Origin: Octopus sinensis
Lineage: Eukaryota
Length of the DNA stretch: 64,000 nucleotides
Direction of reading: 5' to 3'
Assembly (NCBI RefSeq): GCF_006345805.1
Contig: NC_042997.1
Location: forward strand, 151,404,001 to 151,468,000
Shown: in pieces, positions 13,739-24,463 of the stretch
Numbering within the stretch: position 1 is the first letter of the stretch
Layout: each line of letters begins with the position of its first letter
Made by a program: the position numbers and the translations under genes
The notes under the pieces: generated by a model
What the model was told of the DNA's origin: nothing
Databases searched by the model: none
What the model saw: only the letters and a program-made list of their open reading frames with translations

Positions 13739-14614
13739 TGTACGTACTTTGCTCATTCGGAGCTGTTGTACACTAGGTAAAAGCCATTGAAATATCCACA
13801 GTGAAAATATCAATATAATCAAGCAGCATTTGAAAAAAACAAACGTATTAGTAATGAAGTTTGAACTGTCTCGAAAGAGAAAAATTTGGTCATTAGATGA
13901 ATATTTTCTAATATTTCCTAACGTATCATCAACGTCTTGCCACAGACCATTTTCCCATTGAAAATGTACCAGTCTTCTCTGCTGTCAATTTTATTTGCTC
14001 TTGGGCTTAACAGAAAGGAGTGAGCACCAATCTGCATGATATCAATGACGAATTTTAGAGACTTGTATTATTAACCGCAGATATTACTGTGTAGTTAAGA
14101 AGCTTGGATTGCTACTACATGGTTTTTGGTTCAATACAATTCGCTATAGGTGCAGCAACTACATTCTGGTCTGGCTTGTACGTACTTTGCTCATTCGGAG
14201 CTGTTGTACACTAGGTAAAAGCCATTGAAATATCCACAGTGAAAATATCAATATAATCAAGCAGCATTTGAAAAAAACAAACGTATTAGTAATGAAGTTT
14301 GAACTGTCTCGAAAGAGAAAAATTTGGTCATTAGATGAATATTTTCTAATATTTCCTAACGTATCATCAACGTCTTGCCACAGACCATTTTCCCATTGAA
14401 AATGTACCAGTCTTCTCTGCTGTCAATTTTATTTGCTCTTGGGCTTAACAGAAAGGAGTGAGCACCAATCTGCATGATATCAATGACGAATTTTAGAGAC
14501 TTGTATTATTAACCGCAGATATTACTGTGTAGTTAAGAAGCTTGGATTGCTACTACATGGTTTTTGGTTCAGTACAATTCGCTATAGGTGCAGCAACTAC
14601 ATTCTGGTCTGGCT
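13739..14614 (+). repeat. 438-bp direct tandem duplication (2 copies)
   Basis: 13739-14176 matches 14177-14614 with one substitution seen (tcaataca / tcagtaca). Confidence 0.95.
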
Positions 14615-14680
14615 CGGTGCCGACCAAAGACTTCTGAGTGAATATGTTTACAGAAAGTGTGTGAAAGGCCGTCTTGTATG
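14520..14680 (+). mobile_element. Old SINE 5' half; its head is also duplicated at ~14085-14176
   Basis: tgtgtagttaagaagcttg...catggtttttggttcagtac...ccgaccaaagacttctgagtga resembles the SINE head. Confidence 0.55.
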
Positions 14681-14737
<57 letters not shown>

Positions 14738-14739
<2 letters not shown>

Positions 14740-14869
14740 GCGTGGCTGAGTGGTAAGAGACTTGCTACGCAACAGCATGGTTCCTGGTTCAGTCCTATTG
14801 CGTGGCATCGCGAGGAAGTGTCTTCAATTATAACCTCGGGCATTGTGAATTCATTTGGTAGACGGAAAT

Positions 14870-14941
<72 letters not shown>

Positions 14942-15130
14942 TATGCCTTTGTCTTCCACTAACGCTTGACAATCGGTATCGGCGTGTTTACGTCTAAGTA
15001 ATTTCGGAGTTCGGCGAAAGGGTGCGATAAAGTACCATGTTTAAACAAAGTAAAGGGTCGATTCATTCGCCTAAGAAGGCGGTAACCCAGCATAGCTGTA
15101 GTCTAATGCCGGAAACAAGTAAAGGATATA
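14738..15130 (+). mobile_element. Diverged full-length tRNA-derived SINE
   Basis: ggcgtggctgagtggtaagagacttgc...ggttcagtcc head, internal GT/TA tract, 3' ccagcatagctgtagtctaatg..gaaacaagtaaa. Confidence 0.75.
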
Positions 15131-16625
15131 TTATAAACGGCAATTGCGAAGTACATGGCACGAAGATGGTGCAACGTTAGAAACATTAATGGAAAGCAAA
15201 CATGACGGAAAATAATTTTGTATGGGAATAATACAACGGCCAGTACAATTCAGGAAGGTGACGTTTCGCTGTTGCCTTGTTTATGCCCTCGCAATTTATT
15301 ACCTCGGCTAAAGGGACCTACTGAATTTGTACGAAACTTAAAATAAGTACTGGGGTCGTTCTGCTCGATTCTAATCCCTTCAAAGCGGCGCCCCCGCATT
15401 CCAGTAACTGAAACAGGTAAACGATTCCTCTTAGTTCTAAACTATTTTAAACAAAGAATAACGTTCATTTCTTCATTCATGAAGACATTTCGTTGGCGTT
15501 CTAGTCCTCAATTAGTATATATCGCTGTTTATTACTCCCTATACACAAACATTGAGCAAATAATGTTTAATTCTCCTATAAGCTATGACTGCAACAAATC
15601 AAGTTTGTAGCTGTTTACTTTTTTTTTTTTTTTTGAACCTCAGGTCTGCTCAATTGGCAACATCTTTGACCTAGTGCTTCAAGTTTCATGTTAATAGCTG
15701 AAATGCATTTCACCTATGCCGCGTGGTTTCTATCTTGGACGTAGTGTATCTAGGATTACAGTAGACTACACGTCAGTTCCTTTTTAGAACCGTAGATTGT
15801 CATTTGACGGATTTTGGCAGCTCTCTCTCCCTCTCTCCCTCACATACTAGCATATTGATCTACTAATTAGGGGTTCATTCGTTCGTTTCTACTGGCTCTC
15901 TGAACAGACTTCAATAACAGAACTCTACTGGTGTTAGATGTTTTAAATTTAACGATTTTACGACAATTTTAGCTTCATCTAGCTTCGTAAAACTCAACTT
16001 TCTATATCATTTCAATGCAAATTAGGTCATGCACTGGAGATTTTCATTTAAGGGTATATTGTAAATAAATACTCTCATGGAACAATCCTACACCCATATC
16101 ACTAATGATGTGAACAATTACTTTACACAAACGGGAATAGCCTAGCACCCAGTTTATACCATGACTAATATTTCAAAACTACAAGTAAATGATATACCTA
16201 TTGTTTTATTGTCTAGGCATTTGGTAACCATACGATCAATACTTCACCTAGTTACTAGCTATATCCAAAGGACGCATTGGAGAAAATGCAAAAATAAAAC
16301 TAAAATAAAGAAAAAATATAAAAAGAGAACAATTTTTTAATTATCCTTGTATTGGATTTATAATATAACAAAGCAGGAGGGTAGAAAGTGTATAGACGAC
16401 GCACTACTACTATTAAACGAGACTCAACGCTCTATATCAATTGCGCACAGTGAACTGCTTACCAGCACGAACTGCCAATCGCTCACAATACTCCACCTTC
16501 GGTCATTTGTTGGGTGGTCGGAGTCCCTCCCCAACAAAATTAAAGCCTGAATTTGGAAGAGACGCAGATAGATAAAGTGCATTTTGATAGTGGCAGTGAT
16601 GTTTGTAAAATGAGTAGAAATAAAA

Positions 16626-16649
16626 TTACTACTGCTGCTGCTGCTGCTG

Positions 16650-16721
<72 letters not shown>

Positions 16722-16724
16722 ATA

Positions 16725-16820
<96 letters not shown>

Positions 16821-16826
16821 TCATGA
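16626..16826. repeat. (CTG)n-(CTA)n-(AAT)n compound microsatellite at the 5' junction of a LINE remnant
   Basis: Direct inspection. Confidence 0.95.
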
Positions 16827-16829
16827 TCA

Positions 16830-19800
16830 TATACTCTGAAAACTGCTCTATTCAGGACAGAGGAGACTTTGATGTTGGTAGTTGGATGTTAAGTATCGTA
16901 GAAAGAAACTCTGTAAGACCTTTGACAACAGGTTGCTGCCTGCTCTTACAGAAAATAACCGGATTAAGTAAAATCGAAAGCTCTGAGAAGAAAAAATGGA
17001 AATGATAATTAGAATAACAACGGGGATTATTTGAGCAGTTAATAAATCCTCACAAAAGAAGCAACTACCTAGATGAACGCAAATATTATTTCATGAAAGG
17101 AAACATTGTTACACAGGAAGATAAGAGCTTACTACAATGTCTGACTGAGACACGAAGTTTTGAGCGAAAGATGCTTCCAGCTCTGCAAGGAATCGAAAGA
17201 GGAAAACGAAATCGTTAAAAACAGGAATGAGCTGTTAATGAAAATTCACTATGAAAATATATATAAAAGTTATAAACGATATTTTCAACTACGCAGCGTT
17301 TGTTGCACTGTACCTTCTTGGGGTTTGATGCCACGGGAAAACAAAAGATAAATTCTCACGTTGGATCAGTTCAATGGTGATCTTGGACTGATACATACAC
17401 TCATAGAAAAAAGAGGGTGACAGAAAGACACAAAAATGAGCTGCAAAGAAAGTACATTAGAGACAAACGAAGAAGCTTCGGATAAAGAAGATAAAACAAA
17501 GCTGGATGCAACAAGAACAAATCTGTTCTGAGAGAAAAGGTATTTCAAGAACAGCGAAAAGGAATTCTATAAACAACTGAGCAATGAAAAGTAACTTACG
17601 AAAGATGAAGTGAAACCGGAAAGATTAACAATTTCGGATAAGTAAGTGAAAAGGATGATGAAGAAAACGCCAAACTGGAAAGCCCTCGGGTCAGATGGTG
17701 TTCATGGATTATGGCTGAAAACCTCACAAAGTATACACAGCCATATACGAACGTTTTTACTAACTGCATAGAAAAGGAAACCCCGAGATGTGTGGCAAAG
17801 TAAAGGGCAGAAAGAAAAAGAAAAGAGAGGGAAGTCAGCTATTATAGATCCATTACTGATTTAACATTACTCTAGAAGTTATTAAACTAGCCTCATTGCA
17901 GATGACTTATATAATTTTCTGGGAAAGGAGAAATCATTCCCAGAGGAGGAAAATGATGCAAAATAAGTCAAAGGGAACTGCTGTTCTGCTCTGTATAAAT
18001 ATCAGGATATTAAATGATGTAAGCATGAGAGAAAATAGTTTAGCTGTTGGCTTGATAGATTATAGAAAGGCTTACGAAAACGTTCCACACTGCTGACTTT
18101 TGGAATGTCTGTGGACGCTCGGAATCAATGAAAAGAAGAGTTTCGTGGTAAAAGAAGCGTGAGTGCGGTAATTAGAACTGTCATGTACAAATATATCGCT
18201 TGGAAACGTGAAATACGCAGGGACTCTCTCTCTCACTGCCCCCATTCGTCATTGCGTTAATGACTCTGACAAGTATATTGAAAAAATTCAGGCCTGTCAA
18301 TGAGTTTACCAAAAGCAAGGCGAAAATAAATTGCCTGCTTTATATGGTTGAACTCACACTGTGCACAAAAAATAAGAAAGATATGAATTCTCTTATCTAT
18401 ATAGTAAAAGGATTCAACACGGATATTAGAATGCAGTTTGGTGTAAATAAGAGTGCCTCGCTAATTATGGAAAGAGGCCAGTAGATAAACATAGATGGCA
18501 TAAAATTACCACATTACATCATTCGATCGCTATCAGGGATAAAATACCTAGTGGTGCTACAAGGTGGTAAAATAATGGACAGAGAAATGAGAGAAAATCT
18601 ATAAACATAGAATTAGGAAGGTACTCGAGACAAAAGTAGATGGAAAGAGTATCATTACATCAACAAACACATGGAATATGCGACACACTGCTCTTTTTCG
18701 GAAAAGGGCTATTCACGTTGCCTAATCCTGAAAGTAACACCAGCAGGCACAACGCGGAAAATAATACTGGCAGACTACACCTACCTAGAAAAGAAGGAGG
18801 AGGATTGCTAAACGCTGAAGACACTGATAGTAATGCGATAACGGAGTTGTAAATTATGTTGTACGGAGTGAAGAAAGAATGCTATCAGCAGCTTGAGATG
18901 CACAAAAAGTTTCTGAAACAGTAGGAGAATTCAAGAGACGTTAAAGAAACAGAACAAGCAGATACAAAGAAATTGAATTACATGACCAATTCACGCAACA
19001 AACCGAGAATGTGGTAAGTAAAGAATGCTGTCTGTCGTTGATGGCCGGAAACCTGAAACGAGAGAGCAAAACGCTAATTATAGCCGCTCGGGAACAAACC
19101 ATTGGTACAAATCTGATAAAAGCAAAGACCGACAAACACAGTTAGACATCAAATGTAGATTCTGCAAGGAAAGAGACGAAAGTATCGATCATCTCTTGTA
19201 TGAGTGCAGTAAGCTAGCACAAAACGATTGTGATAGCTTAATGTGTAGTGTGAGTGCATTGGGATGTTAAACAGGTATGCAGCTAATATCTCAATAATTA
19301 AAAGGAATAAAAAGGAACTTGTATTAATAGGAACAAGTGTCTGTGAGAGACAATGGGAATTACAGGATTTTACAGGATTTCCTCATAAGGACTAGCAATA
19401 TTATTGAAACAAGAAGACTATATGTAATAATAGCGAACAAAATAAGCTCGTAAACATTGTAAATTCTATATCGGAAAAAAATTAGAAATGTCAGGGTCTA
19501 GCGAGAGATGAAGAGACTGAGGAAGACTAAAACAACACTTTTTCCTATGGTATTATCTGCACTTAACAGGACACCAGAGATATTACATAAAATATTGAAA
19601 GACATAGGAATTGAGACTTGCATTATCGACCTACACAAAACTACTATATTACATCATCTCGAAAGAGTCCAGAAGCTGGCTACCCGCATGGTTCTTGGTC
19701 TCAAGCATTTCTCTTATGAAGAAAGGGTGAAGACGCTCGACCTTTATTCTCTAGAAAAACGACGACGCCGTGGTGATCTCATTCTTGCTCACAACATCAC

Positions 19801-20265
19801 AAGCGGAAAGTGTAACCTCTTGAAAGAGCTCTTCTTCACTCCTGCTCCAGAGCGTCGGTTGCAGGGTCACTCCGAAAAGCTCTATCTGCAACGATTTCAT
19901 CTCAATCGAAGGAGAGGGGCTTTCTCTGTCCGGGTTGTGGATCCGTGCAATAATCTGCCGGACGAGATAGTGAAGATGCCGACGACCGCTCGGTTCAAAG
20001 TCTCTCTTGACCAGAAATGGCCTGAACTCTTTGCATGAACACCCTCCCTGTACATAACTCCATGTCCCCCTACATGGCCTTGCTTTTTGCTTTTTGAGCC
20101 AAAAAATTAATTTAACTTAACTGAACTTAACTTAACTATCCTATATTCTGTAAGAATTCTAAGAAAGGTTGTTGAGATTTGAAGAGGCTTGTTGCTGCTC
20201 AGCCTTAATGCCTGTTGATGAAATTAGCATTACTAACTAGATAATGATGATGATGATGATGATGA
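16830..20265 (+). mobile_element. Old, heavily degraded R4/Dong-like RLE LINE, interrupted by a CR1-group fragment
   Basis: Collinear degenerate motifs: NWKALGSDGVHGLWLK-like (~17670), GLIDYRKAYENVPH, KINCLLYMVELTL (YMDD-derived), LHLPRKEGGGLL, zinc knuckle CRFCKERDESIDHLLYEC, and RLE C-terminus ...KDIGIETCIIDLHKTT / ILYSVRILRKVVEI* resuming at 20138; ends in a (GAT)n tail. Confidence 0.8.
19648..20134 (+). mobile_element. 5'-truncated CR1-group LINE (3' end) inserted into the R4-like remnant
   Basis: LERVQKLATRMV..SYEERVKTLDLYSLEKRRRRGDLI..GHSEKL..FSVRVVDPCNNLPDEIV is a CR1-type RT C-terminus, followed by a short 3' UTR and (TTAAC)n tail; actat is duplicated at 19643-19647 and 20135-20139. 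Confidence 0.85.
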
Positions 20266-20387
20266 TCTGTGCAAAACCAAAAATATAGCACCCTAGTGAT
20301 AACACCAACTTCTAACCTGTTCGCTCTTGAGGTCTCTGAGTGAGATTTGTAGTCAACTTATAGAAATATAAAGCAAAAGTCAAAATA

Positions 20388-20460
<73 letters not shown>

Positions 20461-20480
20461 TAATAATAATAATGATAATG

Positions 20481-20786
20481 ATGCCCTGATGCAGTACCAT
20501 GCCCTGATGCAGTACCATGCCCTGATGCAGTACCATGCCCTGATGCAGTACCATGCCCTGATGCAGTACAATGCCCTGATGCAGTACAATGCCCTGATGC
20601 AGTACCATGCCCTGATGCAGTACCATGCCCTGATGCAGTACCATGCCCTGATGCAGTACCATGCCCTGATGCAGTACCATGCCCTGATGCAGTACCATGC
20701 CCTGATGCAGTACCATGCCCTGATGCAGTACCATGCCCTGATGCAGTACCATGCCCTGATGCAGTACCATGCCCTGATGCAGTACC
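20481..20786 (+). repeat. Minisatellite: 17 copies of ATGCCCTGATGCAGTACC (18 bp)
   Basis: 306 bp / 18 = 17 units; units 5 and 6 end in A instead of C. Confidence 0.95.
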
Positions 20787-21325
20787 AGGCAGTGGCTCTC
20801 ATGGCTTCTGATCTTAACTGATTGGAAGTGTCATCATGTACATTGTTTTGTCTTGGTATAAAAGATGGGCTACAGCAAATATTCTGCTCAATACTACAGA
20901 TTTGCTTGTCAGTTGTTTGACCTTAACCAGTTGAGCATGTCCCTTAGTGGCTGACGATATGTGCATCTCTGATCACGAGCAGAAGTAGTGGGGGAGCATC
21001 ATAGCCATGTGTTGAGAGGGATTCTTTGGGGTTTGAATAATTCACCACTGGAAACATGGGTGGTTCTTTCAACATCCTTAAACAACCCTTATTCAGGGAC
21101 CTTTTGAGCGGGATGGGCTACTCGACCTGAAGAAAATTCTAACTGGGCCCCACCTGCAAGGTCATGTGCTGTTTACCTTGATATGAGATCACCATGTCGC
21201 GCATATATGGTTGTGATGCATGTGCCTGGTGTACCCTTATCAGACGGGTAGTCATGATGGGTATATTGGGCTTCGTATATTTTACCCCAGTGTCACTTTG
21301 ATGGCATGAACTGCTCTCTCACTCA
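20787..21325 (+). mobile_element. Non-coding (AAT)n-tailed retroelement (SINE-like or LINE 3' UTR) embedded in an AAT tract
   Basis: GC-richer ~540-bp block between (AAT)n tracts (20390-20480 and 21325-21505), ending ctctctcactc-aataataat; no ORF. Family assignment is inference. Confidence 0.5.
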
Positions 21326-21388
21326 ATAATAATAATAATAGTAATAATGATAATAATGATAATGATAACAATAATAATAATAATAATG

Positions 21389-21419
<31 letters not shown>

Positions 21420-21697
21420 TAATAATAATAATTATAATAATAATATTATTATTATTATTATTTATATATTATATTATTATTATATTATTATTATTATTAT
21501 TATTATACCAGAGAATACCAGATAGCATGGACGTGTGACAGTGAGCTTAGGGGAAGATAGATCAAATCTGAAACCATCACGTAGCAGGAATTAAGAATCC
21601 GCAAAGACAGTGAAATACAACTATGTCTTAATGTAAGTCAATCAGGAAAACCAAAGATATTGCTTATTGCTTATATTGCTTATTGCTATATGGCGTA

Positions 21698-21757
<60 letters not shown>

Positions 21758-21850
21758 TATATATATATAATCAATAATTAAGGCTAAAGTCAATTAGTTA
21801 TTAATTAATTTCACCAAGTAGTGTTCAGTATGTAAAAGGACCATTTAAGG

Positions 21851-21907
<57 letters not shown>

Positions 21908-21910
<3 letters not shown>

Positions 21911-23275
21911 TGACTTCCCTCAGATGCTCCGCCACAGCAACATGTGCGTAAAAATGATGCAATAGAAAGTAGCTCGAAACTATCAGGTGTCGAAAAATAA
22001 TAGTGGTGATGACTGTGGTGACGAACGTTTTCTTATCTCAGTTTATGAGAGACAGCAGTCTCGGAAGAACTCTGGTTGTAACAGCGAAAATAAAACTGGA
22101 CCTTTAAGGGAAGGTCTCTCGCTCGGCAGTGGTTCAGTAAAGATGCAGACTGACCAACACTGTTATCATAATACAGATTCAACAGATAATTGAGCAAGGA
22201 AGAGGAAGTGGACCAGCGAAGAAAACAGTATAGTGATGCAGTGCTACTTAGAAAGTGAATCTGAAAGAAGGGGATACAGAAAAAGGATGTCAACAATTTA
22301 GGTAGAGAATGATATGTTCAAAGTGCCTAAGAAGAGACTAGCAGATCAAACACATGCTATTAGGAGATGAAAGTGGATAACAGAACTGGAGGTAGAAGAG
22401 ATCGCAAGAGAAATGGAAATGAATGACCAGACACTAGGAAAGACAAGCAACATCATAAGAGATGCAACTCAAACCAAAGAAGATCCTCAAGGAAAAGATA
22501 ATAATAGCGGTTCCAATAAGGAAGGGACAACTGACAACGGCGACTTAAGTGATTTAAGTGAGGAAGATCAGAAGATTTTAGAGGAGTTGCAGGAAGTAAT
22601 GAGTAAAGAAGTAGGAAAATGATTGCCGGCATTCAAAGGAAATAACTGAAGGAAGCCACGAAAAATTACTAGGTAAGTAGATTCTGTTATCAGTAGGATA
22701 GATACTGAAAATATAGGAGACACTAACTTATTGATCTATGCAGGAGGGATAATTGTCACCATAATTTTCTCACAGCGAAAAATTAAAAAAGATCAAATAT
22801 GGAAAAGGAGACTATAAAATAAAAGAGAAGACTTTAACACAAGATCTAAGTAGACTAGAAGCTCTTGAGAATAGATACTTAGTGAATGAGAAAAGATTTG
22901 GGATAGTAGTAGAATAGTTGAAACAGGCTACCATAGCAGTATCAGGTAAGCTCACCAGATATCAGGAAGAATAGATCGGTATCAACAGAATAGGTTATTT
23001 AAGACAGACCAGGCTCTAGCCATTGTATCACAGAGACTATGGAAAGTGCATATAAAATGTATACCTGCAGTAATAGGTGCACTGGGAAATATCCCTAAAG
23101 ATCTGAACAGATGGATAGAAGAAATAGGCATAAAAACCAGTTTAGTACACCTCCAGAAAACAATGTTATTAGGGACAGCTAGAATACTTAAGTGGGCTCT
23201 TGGCATCTAAGGTTACTTGTTGTAGCCTGATGTTAGGATTTTTTTCTTTTCCAAAAGTCTAATGTGATGTATGAA
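21908..23275 (+). mobile_element. Internally deleted R4/Dong-like LINE (N-terminus joined to RLE C-terminus)
   Basis: N-terminal KWTSEENSIVMQCY..RRGYRKRM..RLADQTHAIRR and ..YQQNRLFKTDQ, directly followed (~23010) by ALAIVSQRLWKVHIKCIPAVIGALGNIPKDLNRWIEEIGIKTSLVHLQKTMLLGTARILKWALGI*, a short 3' UTR and an AAT/AAC tail. Confidence 0.8.
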
Positions 23276-23382
23276 TATAATAATAATAATAATAATAATA
23301 GTAATAACAACAAAAACAACAACAACAACAACAACAATAATAATAACAACAACAACAACATCGAAAAATATCTTAGGAATGA

Positions 23383-23426
23383 GACATCTGATGAAGGCTG
23401 GAGAGTATCAGCCGAAATGCTGTATT
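23383..23426 (+). ncRNA. Decayed hammerhead-like motif in a PLE-type end
   Basis: CUGAUGA-A-GGCUG(gagaguau)CAGCC-GAAA is present, but stem III reads AUGC rather than ACGU and stem I has a mismatch; probably inactive. Confidence 0.4.
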
Positions 23427-23504
23427 AACAACAAACAAGATAAGGACAAATATTCTTCAAAAGTAAATAATTAAAATAATTCCTCATCTCTCAAGTATAG
23501 ATTT

Positions 23505-23550
23505 GTATATACATACATATATATATATATATATATATTATATTATATAT

Positions 23551-23630
<80 letters not shown>

Positions 23631-23640
23631 TATATATATA
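23505..23640. repeat. (TA)n microsatellite
   Basis: Direct inspection. It is one of many long TA tracts (also ~21700, 21860, 25705, 28900, 30805, 37118, 45830, 53860, 55690). Confidence 0.95.
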
Positions 23641-24211
23641 CTAGCATAATGACCCGTTGTTCCGGGTCATAGTGCTAGGGCATGTATATATCAGTATATA
23701 TATGTGTACATATTACATGTACATCTATATATATACATCTACACATAGAATACAAAATACAAAGTTATATCCTGATATCACTAGTGATAACAATACTCAA
23801 AATATATAACAGACTGGAATTGTAAGCCCGTCTCTTGCAATTTCGATCAATTGTATGTTGTCCTCCCTCTTGTATAGAAGTGTAGCTACAATCCAGCCTA
23901 CCTCAACTTCTTGGGAAGGGGCATTTTAAATTTTTATCGCATGGTTCTCTAATGTGGTTCTCACCATAAGTGGATTCCTTATGTGTATAAATATGCACTA
24001 TATCGTATATATATATATATATATATATATAATAATAAATATTAGGGAATAAATCCAAATTTACAGGGAAAAAAAATCAGATTTAGGATTAAATCTATTT
24101 TATAGTAAAATATTATAAAATATTATTCGAGACAAAACCACTATTTTGCAAAACAAACAAGGAAAGACTTAATCAATACATAAAATTTTAATAAATAGTC
24201 AAAAAAAACCG

Positions 24212-24253
24212 CCACTACAATCGTTCTTGTCTTGATCGACAATCTTCAGGTGG
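24212..24253 (-). ncRNA. Antisense-arm copy of the hammerhead, lacking one core A
   Basis: Mirror of 24300-24342 but reads GAAC instead of GAAAC. Confidence 0.55.
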
Positions 24254-24299
24254 ACTTCCAATAATTCAGTGTCAAATTTGACACTGAATTATTGGAAGT

Positions 24300-24342
24300 C
24301 CACCTGAAGATTGTCGATCAAGACAAGAAACGATTGTAGTGG
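24300..24342 (+). ncRNA. Canonical minimal type I hammerhead ribozyme
   Basis: 5'-CCAC CUGAAGA UUGUC GAUCAA GACAA GAA AC GAUU GU A^ GUGG-3': full core, 4-bp stem I, 5-bp stem II, 2-bp stem III (ACGAUUGU is self-complementary over 8 nt with 2 GU pairs); predicted cleavage after A24338. Confidence 0.75.
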
Positions 24343-24429
24343 CGGTTTTTTTTACTATTTATTAAAATTTTATGTATTGATTAAGTCTTTCCTTGTTTGT
24401 TTTGCAAAATAGTGGTTTTGTCTCGAATA

Positions 24430-24463
<34 letters not shown>

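Larger units (their letters stand above)
24031..24439. mobile_element. PLE-type element between (TA)n tracts, containing a 326-bp fold-back palindrome (24114-24439)
   Basis: 163-bp arms, no spacer, centre between 24276 and 24277 (gtcaaa|tttgac); only two 1-bp indels seen between the arms. Same family as 30888-31207. Confidence 0.85.

Noticed and set aside
13634-13900. Hydrophobic minus-strand stretch followed by a gtacgt donor-like site
   Set aside because: No start codon or acceptor support, no partner exons and no family resemblance.
20312-20821. MQYHAL / MVLHQG / AWYCIR repeat proteins, or a CRISPR-like array
   Set aside because: An 18-bp minisatellite is open in several frames by construction; there are no unique spacers.
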